Below are positions 1-8,530 of a stretch of 64,000 nt of DNA, in pieces. The notes under the pieces were generated by a model, which saw nothing but the letters and a program-made list of their open reading frames with translations, was not told where the DNA came from and searched no databases. How positions within the stretch are numbered: the first letter of the stretch is position 1; the number at the start of each line of letters is the position of its first letter. Position numbers and translations under genes: made by a program. The stretch lies in IMG/VR virus record IMGVR_UViG_3300010376_002108, positions 14,683 to 78,682 of that record; one strand, given 5' to 3'. This DNA is from a virus (Duplodnaviria; Caudoviricetes).

Positions 1-2
1 AC

Positions 3-257
3 AATAGTTCCACGTTCGGCTACGAGGGCGGCGGGTGGGATTCGCCGTTCTGGTCGGCCTACCAGGACCAGATGCGCGCGGGCAAGTACCCGCTGTCGCT
101 GGCCGACCTGAAAGCGGTGGGCAAGCGGATGACCGCGATCAAGGACGAGTTCCACGACGCCGGGCACGACGACTGGTACAAGGAGGCGATGGCGCGGCTG
201 CGCCGCGTCGAGCAGGCCACCCAGAACAAGACCGGCCGCACCTGGGGCAGCCTGTGA
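3..257 (+). CDS. C-terminal end of a PI3/PI4-kinase-like protein (5'-truncated by window edge)
   Basis: Frame is open from base 3: NSSTFGYEGGGWDSPFWSAY...LSLADLKAVGKRM...GHDDWY aligns with the C-termini of the two downstream kinase-like ORFs (DNSSGFG..GSPFSEAY..MTVADLEAARARL..GREDWL). Confidence 0.7.
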   Translation, partial: NSSTFGYEGGGWDSPFWSAYQDQMRAGKYPLSLADLKAVGKRMTAIKDEFHDAGHDDWYKEAMARLRRVEQATQNKTGRTWGSL

Positions 258-2383
258 GCCTGACCCTGCGCGCCTACTCGGTGGCCACCGGCAAGCCGGC
301 CGGGGACAACACGGTCACCGTGGCCGACGACGGCACGATCACCTCCACCGGGACGGTGCTGGCCCGCGAGCTGGACGCGGTGATGACCAAGCTGCGGCTG
401 CCCGCGCTGAAAGCGGCGCAGAAGATGGACGGCCAGTCCAACGGGTACGTGATCTTCGCGTCGGCGCCGCCGCGCCCGCCGCCGTGGGCGAAAAACGGCC
501 AGGCGTCCCAGGCAGTGCTGTCCCGCGCCGCCGAACACGGCCACCACATCCCCGGCACCCCGTACCATTACCGGCACGGCTGGATCCCGGTGGCGCCGTA
601 CTTCAAGACCCCCGGCGACCTGGCCCCGGGGGACATCGTGGAATTCCGGGGCCGCAAGCACATGGTGATCGCCACCCCCTCGCAGATCGCCGCCGGGGCG
701 CAGGGCATGGGCGTGCAGGGCGCCACCCGCCCCGGGCGGCCGGACCGCCGGTCGGGGGTATTCCTGCGCCCGGTGCCGGGGATCTCGTCGCTGGTCGCGC
801 CGTCGCAGGTCAAGTCGTACACGAAAGTCGCCGGGACGCCCGCCCCCGGGCATGTCGCGGCCCGCGCCCCGGGGGACGTGCGGCAGGGCGACGTCGTGCA
901 CCTGGCCCCGCACCACGACCTGCGAAGCATCTGGGGCCCCGGCTGGGGGAAGGGCGCAAAACTCGACGTGATGGAAGCCACCCCGGGGGACAACCTGGTG
1001 AAAGTCCGCCCCGCCGGGCGGCCGGGCGCGCAGGGGTACTGGCTGTCCAAAGGCACCGACATCACCCCGGCCCGGACCGGGACCAAGCCGCCGCCGGTGA
1101 TCAACCACCTGGACGGGGCGCAGCAGGTCGCCAACGCGGTCAACGCGCAGATGCCCCCCGGCGAATCCGGCCACGCCAACGGCCTGGAAATCCTGGCCCT
1201 GTTCCCCCCGCACGAAGGCGAGTCGCCCCGCGCGTACCGCAACCGGCTCGCCGGGCTGGCCCCGTGGCAGGTGGACGTGCAACGGCAGGGCGCGAAAGTC
1301 GCCGCCCAGCAGGCCGACCAGGAAGTCAAGGCGGGCATCCGCCCCGGCGCCCAGACCAAGGCGGCGGCGGCCGGCGCCCCGAGCGGGACGCTGGCCGAAG
1401 GGCAGTGGGTGCAAACCCCGTTCGGATCCGAGCACCAGGTGATCGAAGTGTTCCACAACGCGGTCCGGCTGGACGACCAGACGGTGTGGAACCGGCACGA
1501 CCTGCACCCGACCGCCACCCCGGCGGGTAAGCGCGGCCAGTCCGGGGCAGTTGAGAACCGGCTGCCGTTGCCTGAGTCCACCCCGTTCGCCGCCTACAAC
1601 CACGGCCCGGCGGTGGCCGCCAGCCCGGCCGAGCTGCGCCCCGCAGGCAATCCGGGGAAGGTCACGGTCGTGGGCCACGCCGTGTCGCCGGGGCAGGCCG
1701 AGGTGCAGGGCCACCTGGACTCGGGCATTGACTACACCGAGCACCTCGGCGCGGGCGCGCAGGGCACCGTGGACCTGGTGCACACCAAAGACGGCGGCAC
1801 GATCGTCCGCAAGAAGCTCAAGCAGGGCGGGTGGGACGCCGAGACGATGGCCGACTCGGAATACTATGCCGCGCAGGTCGCGGAGGCGATCACCGGCACC
1901 GGCGCCAGCCCGGTGATCCGGGCCAAGCGGGGCAAGCTGACCATCTACGAGAAACTGGCCCCCGGCGACATAGCCGTCAACCACTACTCGGCTGAGGACG
2001 CCGCGTATGACACGCCCCGGGGGCTGCGGATCGGCCTGCTCGACTACCTGATCGACAACGGCGACCGGCACGACTACAACTGGATGCTCGACGGATCGCA
2101 GCCGGTGCCGATCGACAACAGCTCCGGCTTCGGCGTGATAAACGCCTGGGGGTGGAACGGTTCGCCGTTCAGCGAGGCGTACCAGCGGGAATTCGAGGAC
2201 GGCCGGCCGCCGATGACCGTCGCGGACCTGGAGGCAGCGCGGGCCCGGCTGGAAGCCGAACGGGCCGACTGGGTGGCCGGCGGCCGGGAAGACTGGCTGG
2301 ACACGGTCGAATCCCGGCTGGACGGCGTCATAGACAGCACCAGGGCCGGCGGTCGCTCGCTGGCCGACGCGGGAGCGTTCTGA
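254..2383 (+). CDS. Multidomain head-region protein with C-terminal PI3/PI4-kinase-like (atypical kinase) domain
   Basis: GTG at 254 overlaps the upstream TGA. Gly-loop LGAGAQGTV, IVRKK, DSE, LLDYLIDNGDRHDYNW, PIDNS. Confidence 0.75.
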   Translation: MSLTLRAYSVATGKPAGDNTVTVADDGTITSTGTVLARELDAVMTKLRLPALKAAQKMDGQSNGYVIFASAPPRPPPWAKNGQASQAVLSRAAEHGHHIPGTPYHYRHGWIPVAPYFKTPGDLAPGDIVEFRGRKHMVIATPSQIAAGAQGMGVQGATRPGRPDRRSGVFLRPVPGISSLVAPSQVKSYTKVAGTPAPGHVAARAPGDVRQGDVVHLAPHHDLRSIWGPGWGKGAKLDVMEATPGDNLVKVRPAGRPGAQGYWLSKGTDITPARTGTKPPPVINHLDGAQQVANAVNAQMPPGESGHANGLEILALFPPHEGESPRAYRNRLAGLAPWQVDVQRQGAKVAAQQADQEVKAGIRPGAQTKAAAAGAPSGTLAEGQWVQTPFGSEHQVIEVFHNAVRLDDQTVWNRHDLHPTATPAGKRGQSGAVENRLPLPESTPFAAYNHGPAVAASPAELRPAGNPGKVTVVGHAVSPGQAEVQGHLDSGIDYTEHLGAGAQGTVDLVHTKDGGTIVRKKLKQGGWDAETMADSEYYAAQVAEAITGTGASPVIRAKRGKLTIYEKLAPGDIAVNHYSAEDAAYDTPRGLRIGLLDYLIDNGDRHDYNWMLDGSQPVPIDNSSGFGVINAWGWNGSPFSEAYQREFEDGRPPMTVADLEAARARLEAERADWVAGGREDWLDTVESRLDGVIDSTRAGGRSLADAGAF

Positions 2384-2384
2384 C

Positions 2385-3443
2385 ATGACCACGGTCATCC
2401 GCGCCTACGACTCCTACACCGGCAAGCCGCTGCCCGGCAGCGTCACCGTGGACGGGGCCACGGTGACCGCCGAGCCCGCCGGGATGGAAGCCGCGCTCAC
2501 CCGCTGGCTCGGCCCCGGGAAAACCCGCGCCGGGGCGGCCACGCTGCTGGACGGGTATAACAATGGCCGGGTGCTGTTCACCTCCGGTCCCGCGCCCAAG
2601 CCGGCCGAGGTGTCCCGGTTCAACCCGCGTGAGCTGCGCATCCCGCACGGGGCTGGCGGCGGCCGGTGGACACGCGGCCTGTCCGCCGGCGAAGCCGCCA
2701 CCGCGTCGCTGCCCTACCACGTCAAGGCGCTGCCCGGGGCGCCGGTGACCGGGGGCGCCCGGCAGGTCGCCGTGCACCTCGCCTCGGGGGTCCGGTCGGA
2801 AAAAGAGCCGGCGGTCAAGGGCATGCAGGGCACGACGACGATCGCCACGTTCGGGGACGGCGCCAAGGCTGTCCACAAAACCGGCATGGCCCCGGTCGAA
2901 TTCGACCACGAGGAATTGGCCGGCCTGGTCGCGGACGCGATCGGCGGCACCCACGCCCCGGGCGTGCTGCGCACCGGGGCGAAGGAAATGTGGCTCGGCT
3001 TCGCGGCGGGCAGCCCGGCGGTCACCGCCAAGGCCAAGCTGCACCCCGAGCAGGTGGCCACCGACCCGCACGACCACTGGGACACCGACCCGCTGTTCGC
3101 CGGCGACCGGGGCCTGCGGATCGGCCTGCTCGACCTGCTCACCGAAAACCAGGACCGGCACTGGGGCAACTGGATGATCGACGGCGACCAGCCGGTGCCG
3201 ATCGACCACTCCACCACGTTCGGCGCCAAAGGCGGCATGCCCGGCAGGTCCCCGTTCATGCTCTCCCTCACCCGCATGCACCCCGGGCATTTCACCCCCG
3301 CCCAGCTCGACCAGATCGGTGCCCGGCTGGAAGCCCTCGCCCCCGCATTCAAGGCACGCGGGCACGAGGACTGGCTGCGGATCGTGCTGAAAAACCTGGC
3401 CGACTTCCGCGAGGAAGCCGCGCAGGCACCGGGGGCCGGCTGA
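2385..3443 (+). CDS. PI3/PI4-kinase-like protein with N-terminal tag domain and FNPRE motif
   Basis: KGMQGTT, AVHK, DHEELA, LLDLLTENQDRHWGNW, PIDHS; paralog of 254-2383. Confidence 0.75.
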   Translation: MTTVIRAYDSYTGKPLPGSVTVDGATVTAEPAGMEAALTRWLGPGKTRAGAATLLDGYNNGRVLFTSGPAPKPAEVSRFNPRELRIPHGAGGGRWTRGLSAGEAATASLPYHVKALPGAPVTGGARQVAVHLASGVRSEKEPAVKGMQGTTTIATFGDGAKAVHKTGMAPVEFDHEELAGLVADAIGGTHAPGVLRTGAKEMWLGFAAGSPAVTAKAKLHPEQVATDPHDHWDTDPLFAGDRGLRIGLLDLLTENQDRHWGNWMIDGDQPVPIDHSTTFGAKGGMPGRSPFMLSLTRMHPGHFTPAQLDQIGARLEALAPAFKARGHEDWLRIVLKNLADFREEAAQAPGAG

Positions 3444-3697
3444 TGACCGACCTGTACGTGTATGACACCGCGACCGGGGCCCGGCTGGGCCGGGTCACCG
3501 TCACCGGCGGCCAGGTGGCCGCTGACAGCCCGTACGGGGTGATGGCCGGGCAGATCGCGGGGACAGCCAGCGGGCAGGCCGCAGTGCTGGCCGCGCTCAG
3601 CGGGTGGGACAACGGTTACCTACTGATCACCGCCGACCCGGCGGCCCGGTTTGCCGACACCACGCCGGGTATCCCCCGGCCGCAGGAGGGATCGTGA
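3443..3697 (+). CDS. Small protein (84 aa) consisting only of the N-terminal domain shared with the kinase-like proteins
   Basis: ATG overlaps TGA at 3441-3443. LYVYDTATG..VTV...LSGWDNGYLLIT matches the N-termini of 254 and 2385. Confidence 0.7.
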   Translation: MTDLYVYDTATGARLGRVTVTGGQVAADSPYGVMAGQIAGTASGQAAVLAALSGWDNGYLLITADPAARFADTTPGIPRPQEGS

Positions 3698-4290
3698 CCA
3701 GGGGCCTGGACTGGGACGCCGGCGAGGTGCTGGTGCGCGCGGACGTGGCCCGCGAGCTGCGGGTGCCGCACGGCCCGCACGGCGGCGAGTGGACGAAGTC
3801 GCTGGTGCCGGCGAGCGAGGCGCCGCACGCGGCGGAACTGGCCGGCGGCGGCGCGGTGGACGCGGCCACGGTGCGGGCGCTGGTCAGCCAGGTGGCTGAG
3901 CTGCGGGCCCGGCTGGACGACCAGTCGAAGACGCTGCGCCGCGAGGACAGCATGCGGATGCAGACGGCGCTCAACCAGATGCGGCACGAAGAATCCCGCA
4001 TGATCGAAACGGCGCAGAAGATACACGAGGAAGGCGCGGCGAAAGACGAGCACCGGCACGAGCTGGTCCGCGCGATAGCCGCCGTGCTGGGCCTGGTCGC
4101 GGTGGGCGCGCTGATCCTGGCCACGGCCGGGGCGGCGGTGCCGCCGATGGCCGCTGCCGGGGTGGCCGTCGGCCCGCTGATCGGCTCGGAGCTGATCACG
4201 TTCCTGCACCATCAGGCCGCACACCGGAGGAAGACCAGTGGCACCATCGGCCAAGCCGGCACCCAGCCCCGCGTCCGCCCCCCGGGCTAA
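3694..4290 (+). CDS. Hypothetical membrane protein (RELRVPHG..GGEW motif, coiled coil, two hydrophobic helices)
   Basis: GTG/TGA overlap at 3694-3697; AIAAVLGLVAVGALILATAGAAV and AAAGVAVGPLIG hydrophobic segments. Confidence 0.6.
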   Translation: MTRGLDWDAGEVLVRADVARELRVPHGPHGGEWTKSLVPASEAPHAAELAGGGAVDAATVRALVSQVAELRARLDDQSKTLRREDSMRMQTALNQMRHEESRMIETAQKIHEEGAAKDEHRHELVRAIAAVLGLVAVGALILATAGAAVPPMAAAGVAVGPLIGSELITFLHHQAAHRRKTSGTIGQAGTQPRVRPPG

Positions 4291-4420
4291 GGCCATCGCG
4301 GCGATCACCCCGCTGGTGGCGAAGCTGACCGGGTCCGCCGGGCAGGACGCGGCGCAGATCGCCGCAGACCTCGTAGACGCCGCCGCTGACGGCCTGCGCG
4401 GGCGTGGCGCCGGGTCCTAG
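4238..4420 (+). CDS. Small Ala-rich hypothetical protein
   Basis: Fills the gap in a tightly packed operon; no motif. Confidence 0.35.
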   Translation: MAPSAKPAPSPASAPRAKAIAAITPLVAKLTGSAGQDAAQIAADLVDAAADGLRGRGAGS

Positions 4421-4432
4421 CCGACGCTGTCA

Positions 4433-4468
4433 CAGCCGCGTTCTGAGTTCAACAACCTGTTGAAAGGC
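4433..4468 (+). promoter_or_regulatory. 36-bp conserved element containing palindrome TTCAACA-acc-TGTTGAA (second copy at 55149-55184, minus strand)
   Basis: CAGCCGCGTTCtGaGTTCAACAAcctgTTGAAAGGC; 30/36 identical to the reverse complement of 55149-55184; abuts the RBS of 4480. Confidence 0.55.
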
Positions 4469-4479
4469 GGGAGCCTGCC

Positions 4480-5484
4480 ATGCCCGACGACTGGGTGGCC
4501 GAGCAGATGGCCGCGCTCGGCCTGACGGCCCGGTTCAACCCGCGTGAGGCACGGGTGCCGCACGGGACGGGCGGCGGCCGGTGGCGGCGCATCGGCCAGG
4601 CGGTCGCCGGCGCGGCCGGGGTCGGCCACGCCGCCGAGCTGGCCGCGTTCCCCGAGGGCGCGGTGCCGCACGCCGCGCACGACCCGGGCCGCGACCGGGG
4701 CGGCGTCCTGGCCCACTTGCACGGCGAGCACGGCGGGACTGGCGGCCTGGACCTAGGCGCAGCGGACGTGGCGGCGCTGCGGCAGGCGCACGAGGACGAC
4801 CACGCCCGGTTCGCCGCGCACCTGCAAGCCGTGCACGCGGCCAAGGCGCGGGAGCGGGCCCTGGCCGGGCAGCGCGTCCCGGCGGCCCGGCCGGTGGAGG
4901 TGCCGCTGGCGGCGCGGGCGTTCAACCCGCGTGAGGCCCGCATCCCCGGCGGCCGGGGCGGCGGCCGGTGGACACGCGGCGGCCACGCGATGGTGCCGTT
5001 CGGGTTTGAGGGCAAGGCGGGCGGCGCCGGGCACGCGCGGGCGATGGAGGCGATGGCCGGCACGCTCGATGAGGAAGGCAACGGCCGGGACACGGCCCGG
5101 CTGGTCCGCGAGGCACTGCACGCGATGGTCCGCCGGGACCTGGACGCGGCCCGGCGGCACATGGACGGCGCGATCTACCAGGACCAGGTGAACAACGAAG
5201 GCGGCCACGGCCCGGAGCTGCGGGACATCAGGGCGTCGCTGGACCGGGTGCCGAAGACGGCCATGTCGATGCCCCGGCTGCCGGCGGTTCCCGCGTGGGA
5301 GAAGGCGCGCAAGGGCCTGGCCGGGCTCGGCTACCGGCCGGGCAAGGGGGTGCTGGGCGCGGATGTGACCGGCATGGGCGAGCCGGCCCAGTTTTCCGGG
5401 TACGCCGCCGGGGTCCGGTCCCGCCCCGCCGAACTGGACCGGGCAGCGGCAGCGGGCATACGCCGGCTGCGGCTGGGCGGCTGA
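4480..5484 (+). CDS. Head-region hypothetical protein with two FNPREAR.P.G.GGGRW motifs
   Basis: Motifs at aa ~18 and ~148; co-linear with the protease gene. Confidence 0.65.
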   Translation: MPDDWVAEQMAALGLTARFNPREARVPHGTGGGRWRRIGQAVAGAAGVGHAAELAAFPEGAVPHAAHDPGRDRGGVLAHLHGEHGGTGGLDLGAADVAALRQAHEDDHARFAAHLQAVHAAKARERALAGQRVPAARPVEVPLAARAFNPREARIPGGRGGGRWTRGGHAMVPFGFEGKAGGAGHARAMEAMAGTLDEEGNGRDTARLVREALHAMVRRDLDAARRHMDGAIYQDQVNNEGGHGPELRDIRASLDRVPKTAMSMPRLPAVPAWEKARKGLAGLGYRPGKGVLGADVTGMGEPAQFSGYAAGVRSRPAELDRAAAAGIRRLRLGG

Positions 5485-5485
5485 C

Positions 5486-7009
5486 GTGGACCCGCTCGCG
5501 CTGGCCGAGGCGGACACGCTGATCGCCGGCTATCAGGCGTACGGCTGGCCGGATCCTGAGCTGGCCCGGACGGCGGAGACGGCGACCGCGTCCACCGTGC
5601 ACCACCCGATTGGCCGGCCCGGCGGCCCCGGCCTGTGGAAGCACCCCACCTGGCAGCTTCCCGCCTACATCCAGAACGTGGCCAAGCACCTGGTGGTCAA
5701 GTTCGGGGAGTCACGCGGCATCGAGATGGCCGTGGGGATCGTGAAGAACTGGGCCGCCGGGCACGACGGCAAGGGCCACAGCGTCAGCGCCGTGGTGCAG
5801 GCGGCAGCAGGCCGGGCGATAGCCGAATGGGAAGCCCTCAAGGCACGAACCAAACATGGAGCGAGGCGAACCTCAGTGACCAGCAGCGGCACCGAGCAGG
5901 ACGGCCTGTCACGGGCCGCACTGGCGACGTCCAGCATCAACGACCTTCCCGACTCGGCGTTCGCGCTGATCAGCCCAGGCGGGAAAAAGGATGCCGAAGG
6001 GAAGACGACACCGCGTTCGCTCCGGCACCTGCCCATTCACGACAAGGCGCACGTCGCCAACGCGCTATCCCGGCTGCCCCAGTCGGACCTGAGCCCGGAC
6101 GAGAAAAAGCAGGCGTTCGCCAAGATCAAGGCCGCCGCGCAAAAGATGGGAGTGCAAGTGGGAGCGAACAAGGCGGTCCCGGCGGCCAGCCGGGGCCAGT
6201 TCGGGGAGATTTTCCGGTTCTGGCCGCTGGAGGAATGCCGGATCATGCGCGCCGACGAGGGCCGCGAGTACGGGTCCGGGCGGGTGGTCGAAGCGTACGC
6301 GGCGGTGTACAACACCGAGGCGGAAATCCGCGACGGCGAAGGGCACTACACCGAGGAAATCGACCCGGGCGCGTTCCGCGACGTGCTCCGCTCAATCCAC
6401 CCCGACCGCAACGGCGGCTACTGGAATACCACCTGCCTGTACAACCACGGGATGACCGTGCACGGCACCCCGGCCGAGCGGTTCAGCCTGCCCGCCGGCG
6501 TCCCGGTGCACATCGAGTCCGCCGATAAGGGCCTGGTCACCAGGACCGAGTACGCGGCCACCCCGCTGGGCGAGGAACTGCTGGAGCTGGTGAACATGGG
6601 CGCGCTGCGGTCGCAGTCGTTCACCGGCGGCATCGTCCGGTCCGACCCGCAGCTCATGCCGGGCAAGCGGTACGGCCGGGTCGGCGGGATGCTCCAGCGG
6701 GTGCGCAGGCTGGCCCTCGGCCTGCGCGAGTACGGGCTGACCCCGTTCGCGGCCTACTCGGGCGCCGAGGTGATGGGCGTCCGCATGCAGCTTCCCGGCA
6801 CGGTCACCGACGACGACAACTGGGACCAGTTGGAATCGGACCTGCTGGGGGAAACACCCGACGACGCGACGGCTCTCACCGACGAGGAAGGTGACGGCAC
6901 TGGCGGTCCGCCCGAAGACGGGCTCGCGTCCCGGTCCACCGGTAACCGGCTGTACCAGCTTCGCACCCGCGAGCTGCTGGAGCAGCACGGCATCAGCCTG
7001 CCCGAATAG
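5486..7009 (+). CDS. HK97-family prohead (capsid maturation) protease with long N-terminal extension
   Basis: YAAVYN...EEIDPGAF...LYNHG...RSQSF...LREYGLTPFAAY; directly upstream of the capsid gene. Confidence 0.85.
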   Translation: MDPLALAEADTLIAGYQAYGWPDPELARTAETATASTVHHPIGRPGGPGLWKHPTWQLPAYIQNVAKHLVVKFGESRGIEMAVGIVKNWAAGHDGKGHSVSAVVQAAAGRAIAEWEALKARTKHGARRTSVTSSGTEQDGLSRAALATSSINDLPDSAFALISPGGKKDAEGKTTPRSLRHLPIHDKAHVANALSRLPQSDLSPDEKKQAFAKIKAAAQKMGVQVGANKAVPAASRGQFGEIFRFWPLEECRIMRADEGREYGSGRVVEAYAAVYNTEAEIRDGEGHYTEEIDPGAFRDVLRSIHPDRNGGYWNTTCLYNHGMTVHGTPAERFSLPAGVPVHIESADKGLVTRTEYAATPLGEELLELVNMGALRSQSFTGGIVRSDPQLMPGKRYGRVGGMLQRVRRLALGLREYGLTPFAAYSGAEVMGVRMQLPGTVTDDDNWDQLESDLLGETPDDATALTDEEGDGTGGPPEDGLASRSTGNRLYQLRTRELLEQHGISLPE

Positions 7010-7030
7010 GCGGGAGAAAGGCAGACGGTA

Positions 7031-8530
7031 ATGCGTTTGCAGGAAATGCTGGACCGCCAGTCCGCGATCCGCAACGAGCTGGCGTCGATGGACGCCGACC
7101 CGACCGTCACCGAGGAAGGCGACGGCAACATCCGCGACACCCTCATAGACGAATATGAGGCCCTGGAGCGGCTCAAAGAGCCGGTGATCGCCCGGATGGA
7201 GAAGATCAAGCTGATCCAGCGGGCAGCCGGCGACCCGGCCAACCGGGACAGCATCGACGGCGGCTACGACGCCCCGGCGGCGGCCACGGCACAGCGGTGG
7301 CAGGGCGGCGGCACGCCCGAGTTCATGTCCCGCCTGGACCCGTTCGCGGAACTGGACAAGGTGCGGGACGGCCTGGTCCGGGGCAGCGACATGGTGGCCC
7401 GGTCGATGAACGTCATCGAGATGCACAACAAGCGGGGCATGCTGCTGCCCGAGCGGGCCGAGGAAGCCACCCGCAAGTGCGCGGGGGATCCGATGATCGC
7501 CCGGCATGCGCTGCTCACCGGCCACGACGAGTACGTGGAGGCGTTCCGCGCCTACGTCAACGACCCGCAAGGCGACGGCCTGAGAATGGCCCAGCGGTCG
7601 CTCACTCTCGGTACAGCATCAGGTGGCTATCTGCTACCGTACGTGCTTGACCCGACTATCGTGATCACGAGCGACGGGTCTGTTAATCCCTACCGCGCAA
7701 TGGCGGAAATCAAGACCACGACGTCGAACGCGTGGCAGGGCGTCAACTCGGCCGGCGTCAACATGGGCTGGCTCGATGAGGGCGGCACCGCGTCCGACAA
7801 CACGCCCGGCACCGGGCAGATCCAGGTGTTCGTCAAGAAGGCCGCCGCGTGGGTGATCGGCTCATTCGAGTCGGTGGGTGACACGAATTTCGCGGACCAG
7901 CTTCCCCGGCTGCTCGCGGACTCCAAGGACATTCTGGAGGAAGCGGCGTTCGCGCGGGGCACCGGCGGCACCGGCAACTCCGGCCAGCCGTTGGGCGTCC
8001 TCAACGCGCTCGGCACCGCGCAGCGGGTCCTGGCCGGCGGGTCGGGCCTGGCCGCGTTCACGTTCGGCACCGCCGGGGTCAACGGCGGCGGCCTGGGTGA
8101 CCTGATGGCGCTCAACTCCGCGCTCGGCCCCCGGTTCCGCATGTCGCCGTCGGTGGGCTGGGTGGCGACGATCACCAACATCAACCGGATCCGCACCCTC
8201 GACCAGTACGGAGGCGCGGGTTTCTGGGTCAACTTGGGGCAGGGCACTCCGCCTGCCCTGATGGAGAAGCAGATCCGCGAGTCGCCCAGCCTGACCCAGA
8301 CCCCGGGGACGGGCACGGCGCTGGCCGCCGCGTCGGCGGTGTTCGGGGACTGGTCGAAGTTCTATGTGGTTGACCGGATCGGGAGCACGATGCTGTTCGA
8401 CCCGCTGATCAAGAACGCGGGCACCGCCAACATGCCATCCGGCAACCAAGGCTGGTTCTACTACTGGCGGACCGGCAGTGGCGTGGCCACGCCGAACGCG
8501 TTCCGGTGGGCAACCGGCGGCACCGCGTAG
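7031..8530 (+). CDS. Major capsid protein, HK97 fold, with delta domain
   Basis: N-terminal coiled coil, RSLTLGTASGGYLLP, GTGGTGNSGQPLGV, VFGDWSKFYVVDR. Confidence 0.92.
   Translation: MRLQEMLDRQSAIRNELASMDADPTVTEEGDGNIRDTLIDEYEALERLKEPVIARMEKIKLIQRAAGDPANRDSIDGGYDAPAAATAQRWQGGGTPEFMSRLDPFAELDKVRDGLVRGSDMVARSMNVIEMHNKRGMLLPERAEEATRKCAGDPMIARHALLTGHDEYVEAFRAYVNDPQGDGLRMAQRSLTLGTASGGYLLPYVLDPTIVITSDGSVNPYRAMAEIKTTTSNAWQGVNSAGVNMGWLDEGGTASDNTPGTGQIQVFVKKAAAWVIGSFESVGDTNFADQLPRLLADSKDILEEAAFARGTGGTGNSGQPLGVLNALGTAQRVLAGGSGLAAFTFGTAGVNGGGLGDLMALNSALGPRFRMSPSVGWVATITNINRIRTLDQYGGAGFWVNLGQGTPPALMEKQIRESPSLTQTPGTGTALAAASAVFGDWSKFYVVDRIGSTMLFDPLIKNAGTANMPSGNQGWFYYWRTGSGVATPNAFRWATGGTA

Noticed and set aside
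35-253. N-terminal extension of the 782-aa ORF
   Set aside because: It overlaps the upstream kinase gene in another frame; GTG at 254 coupled to that stop is the better start.
4418-4525. TAG read-through or recoding giving QPRSEFNNLLKG, similar to QPRSAFNKTLKG at 55149-55184
   Set aside because: The similarity is explained by the DNA repeat; TAG is clearly used as a stop elsewhere (e.g. capsid gene).
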